64,000 nucleotides of DNA from Eledone cirrhosa (GCA_964016885.1 OZ024763.1:26536001-26600000); one strand, 5' to 3'. Positions 15,028-30,785 are shown, numbered from the stretch's first letter. The notes: a model not told the origin generated them from the letters alone. Translations and numbers: made by a program.

Positions 15028-16169
15028 TCTTATAATCAGTTACAATAATGACATACAGGTACTTTAGTTTCATTGGGGTGTTTACCCCAACTCATTCAGT
15101 CTGTGATAGATACATTGCCTTAACTTGAATGTGTAAATACATCTAGATCAACCACAAACTTAAGCAAATAAACTATACACCTATATTCGATTTCATTTAT
15201 CAGAGCCTGACTGTTCAAGGAAGCGTTAAACCACATTACTGACATAGGGATGATGGACGTCATCAGGCTGCAGCTGTCATTGTGTAGTATATACATGTAT
15301 ATATATATGTAAAAAGTACATAATAGGACATATAGGTAGATAGATGGGGAAAGAGAGAGAGAGAACACAAGAGAAAGATATAGGGGGTAGAAAGAAAGAA
15401 CAACCTGAATTACAAGAAATTGTGTTAACAAATGTGACAGGTTCTATTCAAAGTTTGTAATAAGTTCTAGAATAAACAAGTCTATGACACCTTTTCACAG
15501 ACAATAAACTATCCACAAAACAACAATTAATAATATTAATAAACCGACCATTTAAAATGGAGGAAAGAAAAGTTTAAAAAATGAGAAAAAAAAGATAATT
15601 TTAAAATTCTATAAAGAAGAAAAAAAATAGAGAAAAACAAACAATTATAGTAAAATTGAAAGAAAAAGTGTCATTTTCATGAGACCTCTTGTGTAAAAAT
15701 GAAATGACAAAAATTTTAATTAGAGTAACAACTATGTCATATGACTACACTCCTTTCAGTATTGAAACAAACTTACTGAATACATTGGTTATGATCACAG
15801 AGACAGACAGACTGATATACACAAGGACAGACACACAGACAGAGAGAGAGAGAAACAGATATACACAAAGACAGACACACACACACACAAACAGACAGTC
15901 TCACACACACAAAGCCAGACGGACAGACACACACACACACTGACAGACCAGTGTCCATTATAACTACTTTAAAACTAGAAGCTGCCAATGGCTGTGTTGA
16001 AACAATGGACTACACAACTCTGTAAGAGGTTTTTTTGTTAAGTAGTTAGACTAAGTCTAATTGTGTGTATGCTAAAGCCTGCCTGCCAATCAGACAGAAA
16101 GAACATTTAAAAACAACCAACAGACTAGGATGTCAAAACCAGAGAAGGAAACCTTTGCAGATATTAATC

Positions 16170-16910
16170 CTTTAGATACAAAACTGATTGAAAATGTTTA
16201 TATTTATCTTAAAAAATAATCTTCAATCATAATTTTATGTAAGAATCTTTGTTAGTCATTTCAATACCAAACCACCTAAAACTGCCCCAGATTCTACGAT
16301 ATAAACTGTTTATATTAAAGTGTTTATATTTATCTAAAAACCTTCCATCATAATTTTATATAAGAACCTTTGTTAAGTTATGTTCCAAATACTTCTGGTT
16401 CTGTGATACAAAACTGTTTTAAACTTTATATTTATCTAAAAACCTTCCATCATAATTTTATATAAGAACCTTTCTTAAGTTATGTTCCAAATACTTCTGG
16501 TTCTGTGATACAAAACCCGTTTTAAATTGTTTACATTTATCTAAAAACATTCCATCATATTTTTATATACGAACCTTTCTTAAGTTATGTTCCAAACACC
16601 CCTGGTTCTATGTTACAAAACTTTGTTTTAAAGTGTTTAAATTTATCTAAAAATCTTCCATCATTTTATGTATGAACCTTTGTTTAAATCTTTTGATATC
16701 AAACCACCCCTGGTTCTGCAATACAAAACTGTTTATTTTGAAGTGTTTATATTTATCTAAAAGTCTTCATCATAATTTAATATAAGAACATTTAAATTAT
16801 GTTCCAACCACTGCTAGTTCTATGGTTCAAAACTGTTTATTTTAAAGTGTGAATATTTATCTCAAAGTCTTCCCTCATAATTTAATAGAACATTGAAGTC
16901 ATGTTCCTAA
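16170..16910. repeat. ~100-110-bp tandem repeat
   Basis: tttatatttatctaaaaaccttccatcataattttatataagaacctt...ttatgttccaaa...ctggttctgtgatacaaaac repeated about 6-7 times. Confidence 0.85.
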
Positions 16911-17227
16911 CACCCAACTAGATAACGAGAAAGTCCATTTTACTAAATCCTTAATTATTTATTTTTAAAATGACTTGCAAATCTTTGGCTGTGTTTATTA
17001 TTAGAAATACAGTAATGAAAGAATAATGTGCTCATATGCAAAGATGCTATAAAATAGAATGAAGGCCCTTAAAGATGGCAAAAGAATTTTCCATCAGCCA
17101 CAATGAGGAATTGAACCCCACATCTCCTAGATACCAACTAGGTGCTTTAAATCATTAAGCCAAGAGATTGTGACAACTCTTACTGTCTTAAATTAGATAG
17201 CTGAATCAGCTTTTTGTTGTGAACATA

Positions 17228-17731
17228 CATGGTGGTCCGAAATCCTTGTTACATATTGTTTTAGTGGATTGGCAGTATCGGTAGAGGGTCGGACGCCATG
17301 CTTTCCAGCATAGTTACGTCCCTTTACGATCCGAGTTCAAATCCCGCCGAGGTTGACTTTGCCTTTCATCCTTACGGGGTCGATAAAATAAAGTACCAGT
17401 AATGCACTGGGTAATTGCTGGCCTTGTGCCTAAAGTAGAAACAATTATTTTTTGTTTTAATAATATAATATATAATATCATTAATCATAATATATAATAA
17501 TCGTAATATAATTTTCTATTTCAGAGCTCCTACAGTTTGGAAGAGAGGCTGCTTGCAAGTGTATAGAGACATGATCGTGTGCATTCTGGCAAGAGCATGG
17601 AGGATGTGCGACATGACTTCACTGCAAGATTCGGCACCACGGCAAACCAGCTCCTCCAAAGAGGACGATACTGCGATGGGAATAAACTGTTTCTCATTAC
17701 TTCTCGGTGACAAGACTTTCGGACCACCCTG
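17228..17731 (+). mobile_element. Internally deleted Tc1/mariner element with nested SINE
   Basis: TA|CATGGTGGTCCGAAA ... TTTCGGACCACCCTG|TA. Internal decayed frame SYSLEERLLASV*...VRHDFTARFG...PPKRTILRWE resembles the N-terminal HTH (DUF4817-type) of mariner transposases. Confidence 0.75.
17264..17448 (+). mobile_element. tRNA-derived SINE, family 1 (~185 bp)
   Basis: A-box-like TGGCAGTATCGG, B-box GAGTTCAAATCC, core GCCTTTCATCCTTACGGGGTCGATAAAATAAAGTACCAG, AGAAACAATTAT tail. Confidence 0.88.
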
Positions 17732-19351
17732 TACATCATATGTAAACAATGTAATAAAAGAATTAAAACACCCAGGAAATCTCCAATGAGAAACAACAAG
17801 TTAAACTTATGCCAGTGTAAAGCTCTACAATATACAGCAATCATTTAACCCTTTACCATTCATATTACTCTATATTTACTATTGTATTTTCACAGTAAAG
17901 GCTTTATCTCACATAATATCGAAGCTACGAGATTTTGATGTTATTTATTTCGAGAACAATACCTTATTGGTATGAGTGGCCAATTAGGGCTGGTTTGAAC
18001 AGAAAGAGGTTAAAGAATTCAAGCTGGATATGGCCAGTTTAAGGGCTAAAGGGTTAAGAATAAAGGACCTCATCAGGAGAGATGATTGAAATTATAATAA
18101 AGCCTAGACTTTAGCCTTCTCGTTGCAGTATTTATAATGAAATATACTCATTTTCAATTAATTAAGGCAGAATTTTGAAAGATGTACTCAAATGATTATT
18201 TATTTTGTTCCTAATATATCTTAAAATATGGTTCTTGTATAATTTGTTGAAAGATATAAATTTATATAGGAATTGTTTGAAATGAGGTGGTTTTCTTTCA
18301 TAGAAACTGGACCTTGATCGAGTTAGCATCAAAAGGGTTAAGAATATTGCCGTTGGTAATTCCAAATTATAGTGGTGTGAACAACAAAGATCAGTTCTGT
18401 AATAAGGAACCCTGTTTGAAATACTTGTGTTTTCTTCTCTAGAGAGTCGCAGTTTGATATTCATAAATGAATAAAAGACATTTTTCAACCAAGACATTTT
18501 AGTTTTAACTCTCATGAAATCACCATTGGTTCTACTGTACCTATTGATTTTAAAATATTCATATTCATTAAAAAAAAAAAAAAAAATATCAACATTTTTC
18601 TACCAAGACATTTTAGCATTTACATTACTCTATATTTAATAATATATTTTCATGGTAAAGGCTTTATCTCACATAATATCGAATCTATGAGATTTTGATG
18701 TTATTTATTTTGAGAACAATACCTTAACATCAGTATGAGCAGTTGGTTACAGCCGGTTTGAATAGGAAGAGGTGAGAGAATTCTGGCTGGATACAGCCAG
18801 TTGACTCTATAACATTTACATTACTCTATATTTACTATTATATTTTCATGGTAAAGGCATTACCTCACATAATTATCTCACATAATAGAGCCTATAAGAT
18901 TTTGATATTACTTATTTTGAGAACAATACCTTAACATCAGTATGAGCAGTTGGTTACAGCCGGTTTGAATAGGAAGAGGTGAGAGAATTCTGACTGAACA
19001 CAGCCAGTTTAAACAATAAAAGCAAAAGGAAATCTTATTCTTTTTTTAAAAATTAAAAAATGTTAAAAAGGGTCATCCATCAAGAGCTTTTTTTTTTTTT
19101 TAAATAATATAAAATAAAAAAAAAAAAAAAACAACTCCAAATGTAAGAAAAGACTTTAAAGATTTAATTATTAAAATAAATGAAGTGGACCGAGGAACTG
19201 AATAGAAATAATATGAAATCCAATATAGAAATATGAAATCCAATATGTCGCTATAAAGTGTAAATACCATTGGTACAACACTGAAATATTAGAAGACTAA
19301 TGTGTGAGAGAGAGAGAGATAGGCAGATATATATACATATATATATATATA

Positions 19352-19573
19352 TGAGGGTTGGCTGAAAAGTTTATAGGCTGACCAAGATTACTCTCAAGGA
19401 ATGTGACGAAATGAGCTTTTTTTTTTTTTTTTTTTTTTAACAGTCCCTGGAAAGAAACAATGTAGTTTTACTAAGAGTTGAAATTAATGCATACAAGATT
19501 TCACAGCCCTAACTAGCATCATTCCTTCATCTTTCATAGTCAGCCTATGAATGAACTTTTCAGTTGACCCTCA
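19352..19573. mobile_element. Mariner-type MITE
   Basis: TIRs TGAGGGTTGGCTGAAAAGTT / AACTTTTCAGTTGACCCTCA, flanked by TA. Confidence 0.7.
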
Positions 19574-19798
19574 TATATAAATATATATATGTATATAGAT
19601 ATACAGAGAGTATGGCATGTCTTGCTCTAAATGAGAGTGCTGTGAGTAATGAGGTGGTTGGCAGGGGGAGAGGCCAGGCAGGTTGGGTGGGGCAAGTGTG
19701 TAGAATGAAGTATAGATTTCCATATAGTAAATCCTCCTTCGCACCAGAGTTGCATGTGGGTTAGTAAAATCCATTTAATACTCCTACAGGTGGTAGCT

Positions 19799-19835
<37 letters not shown>

Positions 19836-20601
19836 AATTGCATCATTCCATGGGGAGAGAAAGAAGAGATTTGGGATACTCCAGTTTCAGAATCCATTCA
19901 TCCGTGTATCCGAGTGTGAAATGGTAAGTCCAATTATCAAGGTAGTAGTATTCCAGGATTTTGAGGGTAAGTTACTCCAGATTTAGTCAGTAGTAGAAAG
20001 TGTTTGAAAGGATTATATATACATATACATGTACATGTAGTAAATAAAAATGGTTACTTCCGGTGTCATTAAGTAATTCCAAGGTGGTATTAATTATAAA
20101 TCATAAATAACTCCATGGGTTCTTTCCTGGTTTGGTTAGATTTCTAAAACTGTCAGAATGTCAAAAGATAATATTCCATAAAGCCGGGTTTGGATAGAAT
20201 TGGTGCAGAAAAGAAAAATAAATCATAATATATAAATCTTCATTTTGGTATTCCATAAATATGCTTTAGTTTTTAGGAAAACTAAAATCCAAATACTTCT
20301 TGTCTTCCAATTGTATCTGTTATTCCATTTCTTTTGGATATTTTCAAGAATTAGGATAGCATCCACTTCATAAGGGTATTCCTCAAAATATAAGGGGTAG
20401 TATGTGTGTGTGTAATATATATATATATATATATAATACTGATTTCATATTTTGCTGTAACATCCAATAACAATATCCAAGAGGTGTAAATAATATATAT
20501 CCAGGGAATGATTACTACTATACATCCACAAGTACTGCCATAATAAGCATGGAAGAAATGTCCAATATATACGACAAAACAAATAAATATGCAGGTAAAA
20601 G

Positions 20602-20633
<32 letters not shown>

Positions 20634-20811
20634 CACACACACCAATGAGAAATAAAAAAGAAAACTATCAATTTTGAAAAATTTAAACAAAATCATTTAA
20701 ACAACGAAAATTTAGATTTATGCAAATTAACAATTACATTATATATATATATATATATATATATATAATGATATTAAATAAATGGAAACTATATTTATAA
20801 AACCATATTTA

Positions 20812-20869
20812 TTCTATTATATATATTTCAAGGGTACCAAAAATGTTGGTACGCTATCATCAGATAAAA
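20812..20869 (-). ncRNA. Hammerhead ribozyme motif, family B
   Basis: Minus strand: ttttat CTGATGA tagcGTACCaacatttttGGTACcctt GAAA tatatata atagaa. Confidence 0.6.
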
Positions 20870-21839
20870 TACAAAATGTTCTATAAATATTTGACATGAC
20901 CAAGGATAATATACCTTAACGGTTGAAGTTATCCCTTTCCAGGTATAACTATATATATATATATATAAACACCAAATTTATAATTAGAGAAATTCAACCA
21001 AAATTCATGATCAAGTGTTTATTAATTTAAAAATGGTACTGGCATTTAATTTTCATAAACTAATCTCTACACTGTCTTCTTGGCTTGGTTTGTACATATA
21101 CCTAAGATATATATATAAGAATTTTATTTTATCAGCTGTGCTAGAGCGAGAAATAAAATTATTTTATTTCTAATATTTGGCAAGGCCAACCGCAACTCGC
21201 TCAGTAAGCATATAAGGCTACTCAGCTGATGTTTACTTCAGAAAATTCTATATATTTTCAACCATTTAACACGTTGGCAGAGAGGTATAAAGTCCTGATA
21301 AAGGGTAATAACCAAGAAACATGTTGATTGTTCCTCAAAGCCAGTGTTGAACAAGCAAGTGACGAACAGTCACCAGCATGGCACAGCTTCTAATCGGGCT
21401 CGTTTGTTAAACGAATCGAACATTATTACTAATGTTCGATATAACCCTTATGTATGTGTGTGTGTGTATATATATATGTATATACAGAGAGAGAGAGAGA
21501 GATATGTGTGTATATGTGTGTGTGTGTGTATATATATATATGTGTGTGTACATGTGCATACTTACTTTTATACATATGTGTGTGTATGTATGTATGAAAA
21601 AATAAAATTCAGAATATAGTAGATAACAATGAATGACAAATGGAAGAAAACGTAAAAGGAATTATGAGAAATAATTGCAATTGGAGCAAATATATGTTAA
21701 TTGTATGATGAGAATTTGGTGCAGTTAAAAAAAGACCATCTTTGCTGTAACAATCAGCAGAGGTTGAAAAATAATACAAGACTGATAACAGGAAGGTAAT
21801 TTAATCAATGCTTCTTCAAGCCAGAAAATATTCCCAAAG

Positions 21840-21874
<35 letters not shown>

Positions 21875-22866
21875 ATTTTCAGCTGGTTTCTTAACGTCAT
21901 GTACCACATGAAACCACATTAGCAAGACTGGCTGCATTACATTAAAAACTGATTACTGCAAATTTTCACAATATGTCAACTAAATAAAGATACTATAAAC
22001 ATTTGAATTAAACCTGTTTTTAGATATTTTCTGCTAAATCATTACAGCATGTTAAAAGATAATACTGCAAATTTTCACAACAATGTTAACTAATAACGAT
22101 ACTATAAACATTTGAATTAACAAACCTGTTTTTAGATATCTTCTGCTAAATTATTACAGGAGTTGATGATGTATGTTTCAATTAGAAAAGAGATAGTTAT
22201 TGACAAAATATGAACAAGTTAGAGCAGAGCCTATTTTGCAAAAAAGCTTGCTCAAACAGTAGAATGTAGAAGGAAGAAGAGTTCTCTATTGGAAAAGTCA
22301 AATTATAAATATAATTGCTAATCAGGTTATCTGTAACAAAAGATAGTACTAATTAAAATTGCAACAATCTTGCATTACTACAAATATACACCCCTTTGCT
22401 AAAAAGAAAACACCCACTTGAAACAAACATATCTTAGTCTGTGTTGAAAATATCTGAAACTGTTGATAAAACCCAACAGACAAGATCTATAGCAGTAATT
22501 CCCAACATGGGGTGCTCACCTCATAGGGGGGGGGGGGTAATTTCAATTAATTAATTAAGAATTTGGAGAGATTTATCATACTAAAATTATTATTATTTCA
22601 TTATTAAAATGTTATGCATAACCAAAATATTTTTGTTTTGTTTGTTATCAAATGTTTAAAGGTGTATTTTCAACAGGAACTATATAAATAGGGCAGCTTT
22701 ATTTCCTAGAACCAGGAGTGGTTTGGGGGGGGGGGGTAAAGAGTAGCTTTGTTTCCTCGAAACTGAAATGGTTTCGGGTAGTTTGGTATCAAAGGAGTTT
22801 AAACAGCTTTATTTCAGGTAAAATATTCCTTCCCAAGAGTTGAACAGATTGAAGGTGCTATCATAT

Positions 22867-22900
<34 letters not shown>

Positions 22901-23564
22901 AAATCCGTGAGAAGAAAAGTTTCATGCTTGCATGCTCACTCACTCATCTGCCCTAACAGACACACAGCAACAACAACAACACCAAACAAAAGATGCAGTG
23001 AGAAAGAATACTCTGATTTCACCAGAATATTCCCCCTCCCAATCCTCCACTACCACACCCAACCAACCCCACACACTCATCACACATACCTGGCCTGTGT
23101 GGAAAGGAGGAAGAGGAATAAGAAGGAGGAGGAGGTATAAGGAGAAACATCTGTCTGACAGAAAGGCAGTTCTCATATATCACAACTTTACAGTATTTTC
23201 ACAGAAATGTGAAAGACTATGAACAGGAAATTTGGGACGCTTTTAATGTGAGACTGGGACAAGAGGCCTTCAAGAGCTATATGTATACCATGCTTAACAG
23301 TAGTTATGGCATTAGTAGTTCAATGTAGTCATGTCTTTATTTCTGTAAAAACTGCCTTTCCTTGACTAAGATATTCCTTGCAGACCCATCCAATGCTTAA
23401 TCAATCAGATAAATGGAAAAATCCCCAAAGTATGTGCACGACTGATTGAAAGCCATGCAAGGTTTGCTGGTCACTGCTTCTGTGCAAAATATGAGATGGT
23501 TCTACACCTCTTGTTGTGGGAGATCTCCTCAACCAGAAAGCTTAGATATCAGGAAGTGACAAGG

Positions 23565-24052
23565 ATGACCTACAAATCTTGATGGTAAACAGAGATTGTT
23601 GGTGTGAAATCGTGCTTGCTGTCTCACCTAAGAGACACAGGAAGACCTACAGACCTTGATAGGGAAACACAGACTATTGGCATAAAGTTGTGCTTGCTGT
23701 CTCACCTAAGAGATACAAGAAGACCTACAGACCTTGATAGGGAAATATAGACTGTTGGTGTGAAGTTGTGATTGCTGTCTCACCTAAGAGACACAAGAAC
23801 TTACAAGGAAGACCTACAGACGTTGATGGGAAACGGGGACTGTTGGCATGAAATCGTTATTGCTGTCTCACCTAAGAGACACAGGAACTCACAAGGAAGA
23901 CCTAGACATTGATAGGGAAACAGAGACTGTTGGTGTGAAGTTGTGCTTGCTGTCTCACCTGCAGAACACAGGAATTGACAAGGAAGACCTACAGACCTTG
24001 ATAGGGAAACAGAGACTGTTGGTGTGAAGTTGTGCTTGCTGTCTCACCTAAG
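23565..24052. repeat. ~70-83-bp minisatellite, about 6 units
   Basis: gaagacctacagaccttgatagggaaacagagactgttggtgtgaagttgtgcttgctgtctcacctaagag repeated. Confidence 0.9.
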
Positions 24053-24974
24053 ATCGATGGCTTAGCTAAGATCATGTTATTAGTCTTGTAAAAACTACCT
24101 GTGGTTGTTGTTAGTGGTAAATGAGTTATCAACTCACCAGTTGGTATATAATGTTAAGTATAACTCTGGGATTACTTGTGGAGATATTCAGTATAACCAG
24201 TAATTAACTATGCTTAGCTCATTAGATTACCTGAGAGGGGTTACCTGTATTTATGTCATTTGTCAAACTGTGATTACAGGACTAATTGGAACACTAATAG
24301 AAAAACTAATCTCTAAAAACTCTTATGAAATAGATTTAATAGAAGGTACATGCACGCATATATAAATGTATATACATGGACACATATGCATGTATACATA
24401 CACATGTATACATACACATGTATACATACACATGTATACATACACATGTATACACATATACATGTATACATACACATGTATACACATATACATGTATACA
24501 TACACATGTATACACATATACATGTATACATACACATGTATACACATATACATGTATACATACACATGTATACACATATACATAAACATGTTTATACACA
24601 GATGTATGCACGCATATATACTTGTATACACATACATAAAGATATACACATATATATAGATATATACACACATGTAGCTACATACACATATATATATATG
24701 CGACGGTCTATCTTAATCTTAAGGATATGTGTGTAAAGGTTCTATACTATATACTATATTATGTCCTATACTATATACACTATAGTATGTCCTATACTAT
24801 ATATACTATAGTAAAACAGTAGAGCAACTATGGAACCTGATATATAAATTCACCCATCTCTTGGTTTTAAATTTACGACAAATTTGGTCAAGGACACAAT
24901 GCCGTCACTCATTTATACACACACATACATACACAAATTTATATACTATATACACACCATTTTATATATATATA

Positions 24975-25307
24975 CTCATACACAAGTTTATATACATATA
25001 TATATGCATACACAAATTTATATACATATATATATGCATACACAAATTTATATACATATATATATGCATACACAAATTTATATACATATATATATGCATA
25101 CACAAATTTATATACATATATATATGCATACACAAATTTATATACATATATATATGCATACACAAATTTATATACATATATATATGCATACACAAATTTA
25201 TATACATATATACATGCATACACAAATTTATATACATATATACATGCATACACAAATTTATATACATATATACATGCATACACAAATTTATATACATATA
25301 TACACAA

Positions 25308-25312
<5 letters not shown>
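24975..25312. repeat. 30-bp microsatellite-derived minisatellite (related short-period array at 24385-24580)
   Basis: catacacaaatttatatacatatatatatg repeated about 11 times. Confidence 0.92.
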
Positions 25313-25364
<52 letters not shown>

Positions 25365-26079
25365 AATATATATATATACACAAAAATATATTTATATACA
25401 CACGCGCTAATGTAGATGATGAAATGTGCAGACGTTGTCTATTGCACCAGAAATAGATGAGCAGATTGTACTTTTAACATGAAACAGACATCATACGCAC
25501 ATATATTATATAGTATGTACATTACATACTACAGGTAATATACATACACACAACTATTATATAGTAATGTACATTACATACTGGATGTAATGAACACACA
25601 TGCGTATATTACAATCATATATATAGATACAGGGTATTTAAGAAAATGTATATATACACCATTCTAATAAATATTGCCAGTACAAGTAATCAAAATGTGT
25701 ATACATTTTTGGGGACAACCTAAATATATATGTTATACGCACATACACACACATATATATATATATATAAAAGCATATATACTTTAACAAATAATATATG
25801 ACGCAAATATTTTATTTTCGTCCATAGAAATATGACCATCACCATCAAGCAAACACTGGTCATCATTGTCATAAAATATCTCTCCTCACTTCCTCTATCG
25901 CCTCCCATCTTGTACTATATATATAAACACACATCTTCCCTATCAATAAATTATATTATACACATTATATATGGCAGTGCCCCAGCATGGTCTCAGCTAG
26001 TCGGCAGGCACTAGTAAAAGACACACACACATATATATACATACATACACACATAATATATATACACATTTCACACACA

Positions 26080-26113
<34 letters not shown>

Positions 26114-26144
26114 CACACAAACATGTTGGATATGTGTGTGTGTA

Positions 26145-26193
<49 letters not shown>

Positions 26194-26565
26194 CACACAG
26201 ATGTGTTTATATGCTGTGCAGCCATCCACTAATGCTTACTAATGTAAATTGAAGTGGAAACGCTAAAAATGCTGTTATGGAGGGAAAGCAATGTGGGAAA
26301 GACGAACTAGAAACGAGAAGAGGGATGGAAGACATTTGAGAGAGAGCAGGCAATGGATGGATGTGGGCGAAGGGAAAAACCAGTTGATTTCTTCTGTTGA
26401 TAAACATTAGGTGGGAATATAGATTTTATATATAAACACAGCAGATATGGAATGATTAGGCAGTGGCGAAAATGTGAGAAGGACGACATTTCCTTTCTGA
26501 AAGAACTGGTTGGATTAATATAAATATATATATGTGTGTGTGTGTATATATATTATATATATGTC

Positions 26566-26605
<40 letters not shown>

Positions 26606-27053
26606 TATATATAAAGAAACTGCCCCCCCCCCCCCCCCCAGTAATGGCGTTCGCTCTAGACATACACACAAAGACACAATTATATATATAAAATATACAG
26701 TGTGTACAAATATATATCCTCAGACACACACACACACTATATATATATATATATAAATGAAAAGTATAGAAATTGTTGTAGCGAGAAGCTAACAGTATTC
26801 CATAACATATATATTATATATATATAGTCACTTCTAGTACTTTTATACATAAATATATGTATATAGTATACACACACATCTATATATATATATATTATAT
26901 CCACATACACACATTATATGTATATAATGTGTTTATGTACATGAGCTGCTAATATACATCTGTATCTGTATGAATATATTACATACATTTGAGCCAGTAT
27001 GTCTAATTGCCTCTATTTTATAGACATTCTATATATACAGATGCAGACGTGTG

Positions 27054-27102
<49 letters not shown>

Positions 27103-27547
27103 AACATATGTACATACAAACACATAAATATATAGATATATATATTGATAGACTTATATCTATAGATATATATATTGATAGACTTATATATATACACACA
27201 CAAACACACATACACCTTTGTGTATATAACATAGCTAGGCAGACAGTGTGGGTTAGAGAGGAAAAGCTTAAGACCTTTCCATTCTCCAGCTTCTAGACAT
27301 TGAAAGGAGTGGGTGTGAGAAGACGAAGAAATATGTTCCAAAAACAGAGAGTAGTCATGGCTGACCTTAAAAAAGGAGGGCAGGGGTATAGAACATAGAA
27401 AAGCACACACACATGTGTATATATATATATATTTATACATGTGTGTAGTATGTACAATAAATATGAGTGTGTAGATTAGAGTATATAGTAAGTAGATCAG
27501 TGATTTCAGATTTGCGCGCGATTGTTCTATAAGTGTATATGTGTGTG

Positions 27548-27604
<57 letters not shown>

Positions 27605-27881
27605 ATATATATTTATATACATGTGCGAGTTTTAGCCAAAGGCTGCGGCCATGCTAGAGAACCGTATTCACTGCGTGTCATATGGCTGGCACACACATAT
27701 ACAAGCTTTTATTTATATATTTATATATTTAAAATAGAAATAAACATACGTACTGTATATATATATATATATATATATAAAATATTCTATATTATATATA
27801 TATATATACACACACATACACGTAGACAATCAGGATATGTAATACTGCGTTTAATGGAGAGGATAGGTGTATGTAAGTATG

Positions 27882-27917
<36 letters not shown>

Positions 27918-28147
27918 CACGTCTGTACACATGAAATATATATTTATATACACAGAAATGTACATCCATGTATATATTTCTATGTTAAATAAAGCATATC
28001 TCGGTTTGTGATTTTCTTCCTACAATATTCACGGATGGAAACCAGGCCATCTTTAAACTTGGAATACAATCCATGTTGGATTGTGTAGAAAGATCACACA
28101 AGGACAGCAGGCTTGTGATGTCTACAGAAGCTGTGTGTATATACATG

Positions 28148-28182
<35 letters not shown>

Positions 28183-28265
28183 TTTGACACAAACTCATTT
28201 CTACATACATCTTTCTCTCTCATACATACATACATATATATACAAAGAGAGAGACAGACAGAAAT

Positions 28266-28310
<45 letters not shown>

Positions 28311-28360
28311 TATACACACACATTTAGTCCGTTGGATGTGTGTATATACATGTGTGAGAC

Positions 28361-28398
<38 letters not shown>

Positions 28399-29162
28399 TG
28401 TGTATATATACTTATGCACCAATATATCTCAAAGCTGATGAATATGGTGCTTTTTTCATACATACATACACTTACAGAGAGACACAGAAATGTGTGTGTG
28501 TATATATATATACATATATATATATATATCATACTATACACACATATATATATACATTCATATAGCATGTATATAATATCGCCCAATGTTTACATAAGCA
28601 ACATGTATGTTTCAATTACGGCGACTATTTGATGGAAAAGTTTGCATAATTCATCCGAAGTCAGCAGACATACATATGTGAATATATATATATACATATG
28701 TATATATATATATATTATATATATAGACACACACACATATATTATATACGGTATATACACATCTAGATCAGTTAGACTACAAAAAGCATGTCTACGTGGG
28801 TATTATATATATATATATAGAGCTACAGATTGAAGTTATATTAAAGGAGATTTACTGAGAGCTTATGGCAAGGAATATATGGAAGGGAGTTTGGCCATAA
28901 TGTCGATCATCTTACAGCTTGCGGGGGGGGGGGGGACCCGGTGGATCAAAGCTGGGTTTAACAACGATGCCTGTGTATAAGACTATGTATATATGAATAC
29001 ACATATATATATAACACACATATATATATATAACACACACACATATATATATATATACGTACACATTACGTACGATATGTTATACAATATGCTTAATGGC
29101 CACATATGTGTGTGTGTGGATATACATACAAACACATACATATTGCATACACACACACACAC

Positions 29163-29219
<57 letters not shown>

Positions 29220-29971
29220 TTTGATTACAATGATTTTGAAGTGTGTATACATTTTTTGGAAGCCACCCTGTATATATAGACATACACACACACACACATA
29301 TAGATGTATATTGCATATAAAACCAAATTAAATATTTAATATATAAATAGCATAAAGCAGGTTCACAGTATGGTGTGTATGTATAAATATATACACACAC
29401 AAACCGTATGTTTTATATGTATATCTTAATCAGGATGCAAAAGTACTGAAAATAGCATCTAGCCACACAAGGAAAAAGGAAAGAGATAAGCTTGTCTGGG
29501 GTGGCGCACATGGCCATTATATACCTATATATACACACTACCTATATATACATACATACATACACATAAGTGTTAGTAGGGCACATGCTACATACATCCC
29601 ATCAGAAACCAACCTACTATACCCGGAGTACAAGAAGAATACTATAGCATACACAGCATGGGGGCACCTCCCCTTAGCGCCACAAATCTCCCTATATATT
29701 TTGTTACACATGGTCAGCACCCTATATGATAAACCACCCGTCCACCCTGAACTGCGGGGGTGAAATAAAGGGGGCCACGTTGGTATATATTTACAATAAA
29801 GAATTGTTTGATGGAAAATTTATGAACAGATTATGAGAAGTATGGAGCTTATATATGTATATATATACATATTTATATATTTAAAAAAAGAACACAAGTC
29901 AAGCTGAAAATAGATTTTCTTAAAACCACGTCTACATATTTATTCCTATCTCTGTTGTGTATGTGTATTGT

Positions 29972-30034
<63 letters not shown>

Positions 30035-30598
30035 CACATACATACTAAATGTATATATACATTATACTAAATGTGCGTATATATGTATGTACTAAACGTA
30101 TATATACATATAATAAATTAACGTATAAATATACTCTTGAGTACTATAGTCACCTTGCATGTGTATATACACACACATGTACATACTGTAATATATACAT
30201 GTACACTATTATATATATATATATATACACACAAATATATACTGGAATATATAAATACACACTACTATGTACTGTAATATATACATACACACTACTATAT
30301 ATGTATATATAACTATATATAGTAAGTGTAAAAGTTTTATCTTCAATAATATGTCTTATCCTTTCCGGCTGGTACAGGGAAAATATTTTTTAGTGAACAA
30401 AGAAACGGTTACTTCCTCGCTGACCCCTACAAACCTGGGGACATAATTGGAGAGGGAAAGGAAGGGGTCACTTCCTCATATATACACACACACATCTATA
30501 TAGATGTATATATATATTCACACGTGTGTGTGTGTATAGAGAGAGACAGCGATCTGAGGACATTGAAGTGAACAAAATAAATCGGGTATATATATATA

Positions 30599-30676
30599 CA
30601 GGGTGTCCCAAAAATATGTACACACACTTGAATAGCATTCTAATAAATTAGTGTATACATTTTTGGGGACACCTCG
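30599..30676. mobile_element. ~80-bp Tc1/mariner-type mini-MITE
   Basis: TA|CAGGGTGTCCCAAAAATATGTACAC...GTGTATACATTTTTGGGGACACC. Related copies at 50539-50616, about 25630-25720 and 29215-29270; half copies near 37862, 46394 and 48742. Confidence 0.7.
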
Positions 30677-30785
30677 TGTGTATAGTATGTGTATATATAT
30701 ATACACATACAGTGTGTATATGTGTATGTATATAGACATCGCACGTGTGTGTATGTATAGATATATAATACACGCGTGTATAGAG

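Noticed and set aside
15037-15112. Minus-strand TATCACAG (miR-2-like seed) in a short repeat duplicated at 4515-4590
   Set aside because: No hairpin pairs with the candidate mature sequence, and the second copy lacks the seed.
21293-21330. Degenerate hammerhead-like motifs here, at 14450-14520 (-) and at 56625-56660 (+)
   Set aside because: Core nucleotides are mutated (CTGATAA, CTGGTGA, AACAC for GAAAC); probably dead relics, so not listed as features.
27985-28135. Complex island as candidate SPEN exon 2
   Set aside because: No minus-strand frame resembles the RRM1 continuation.
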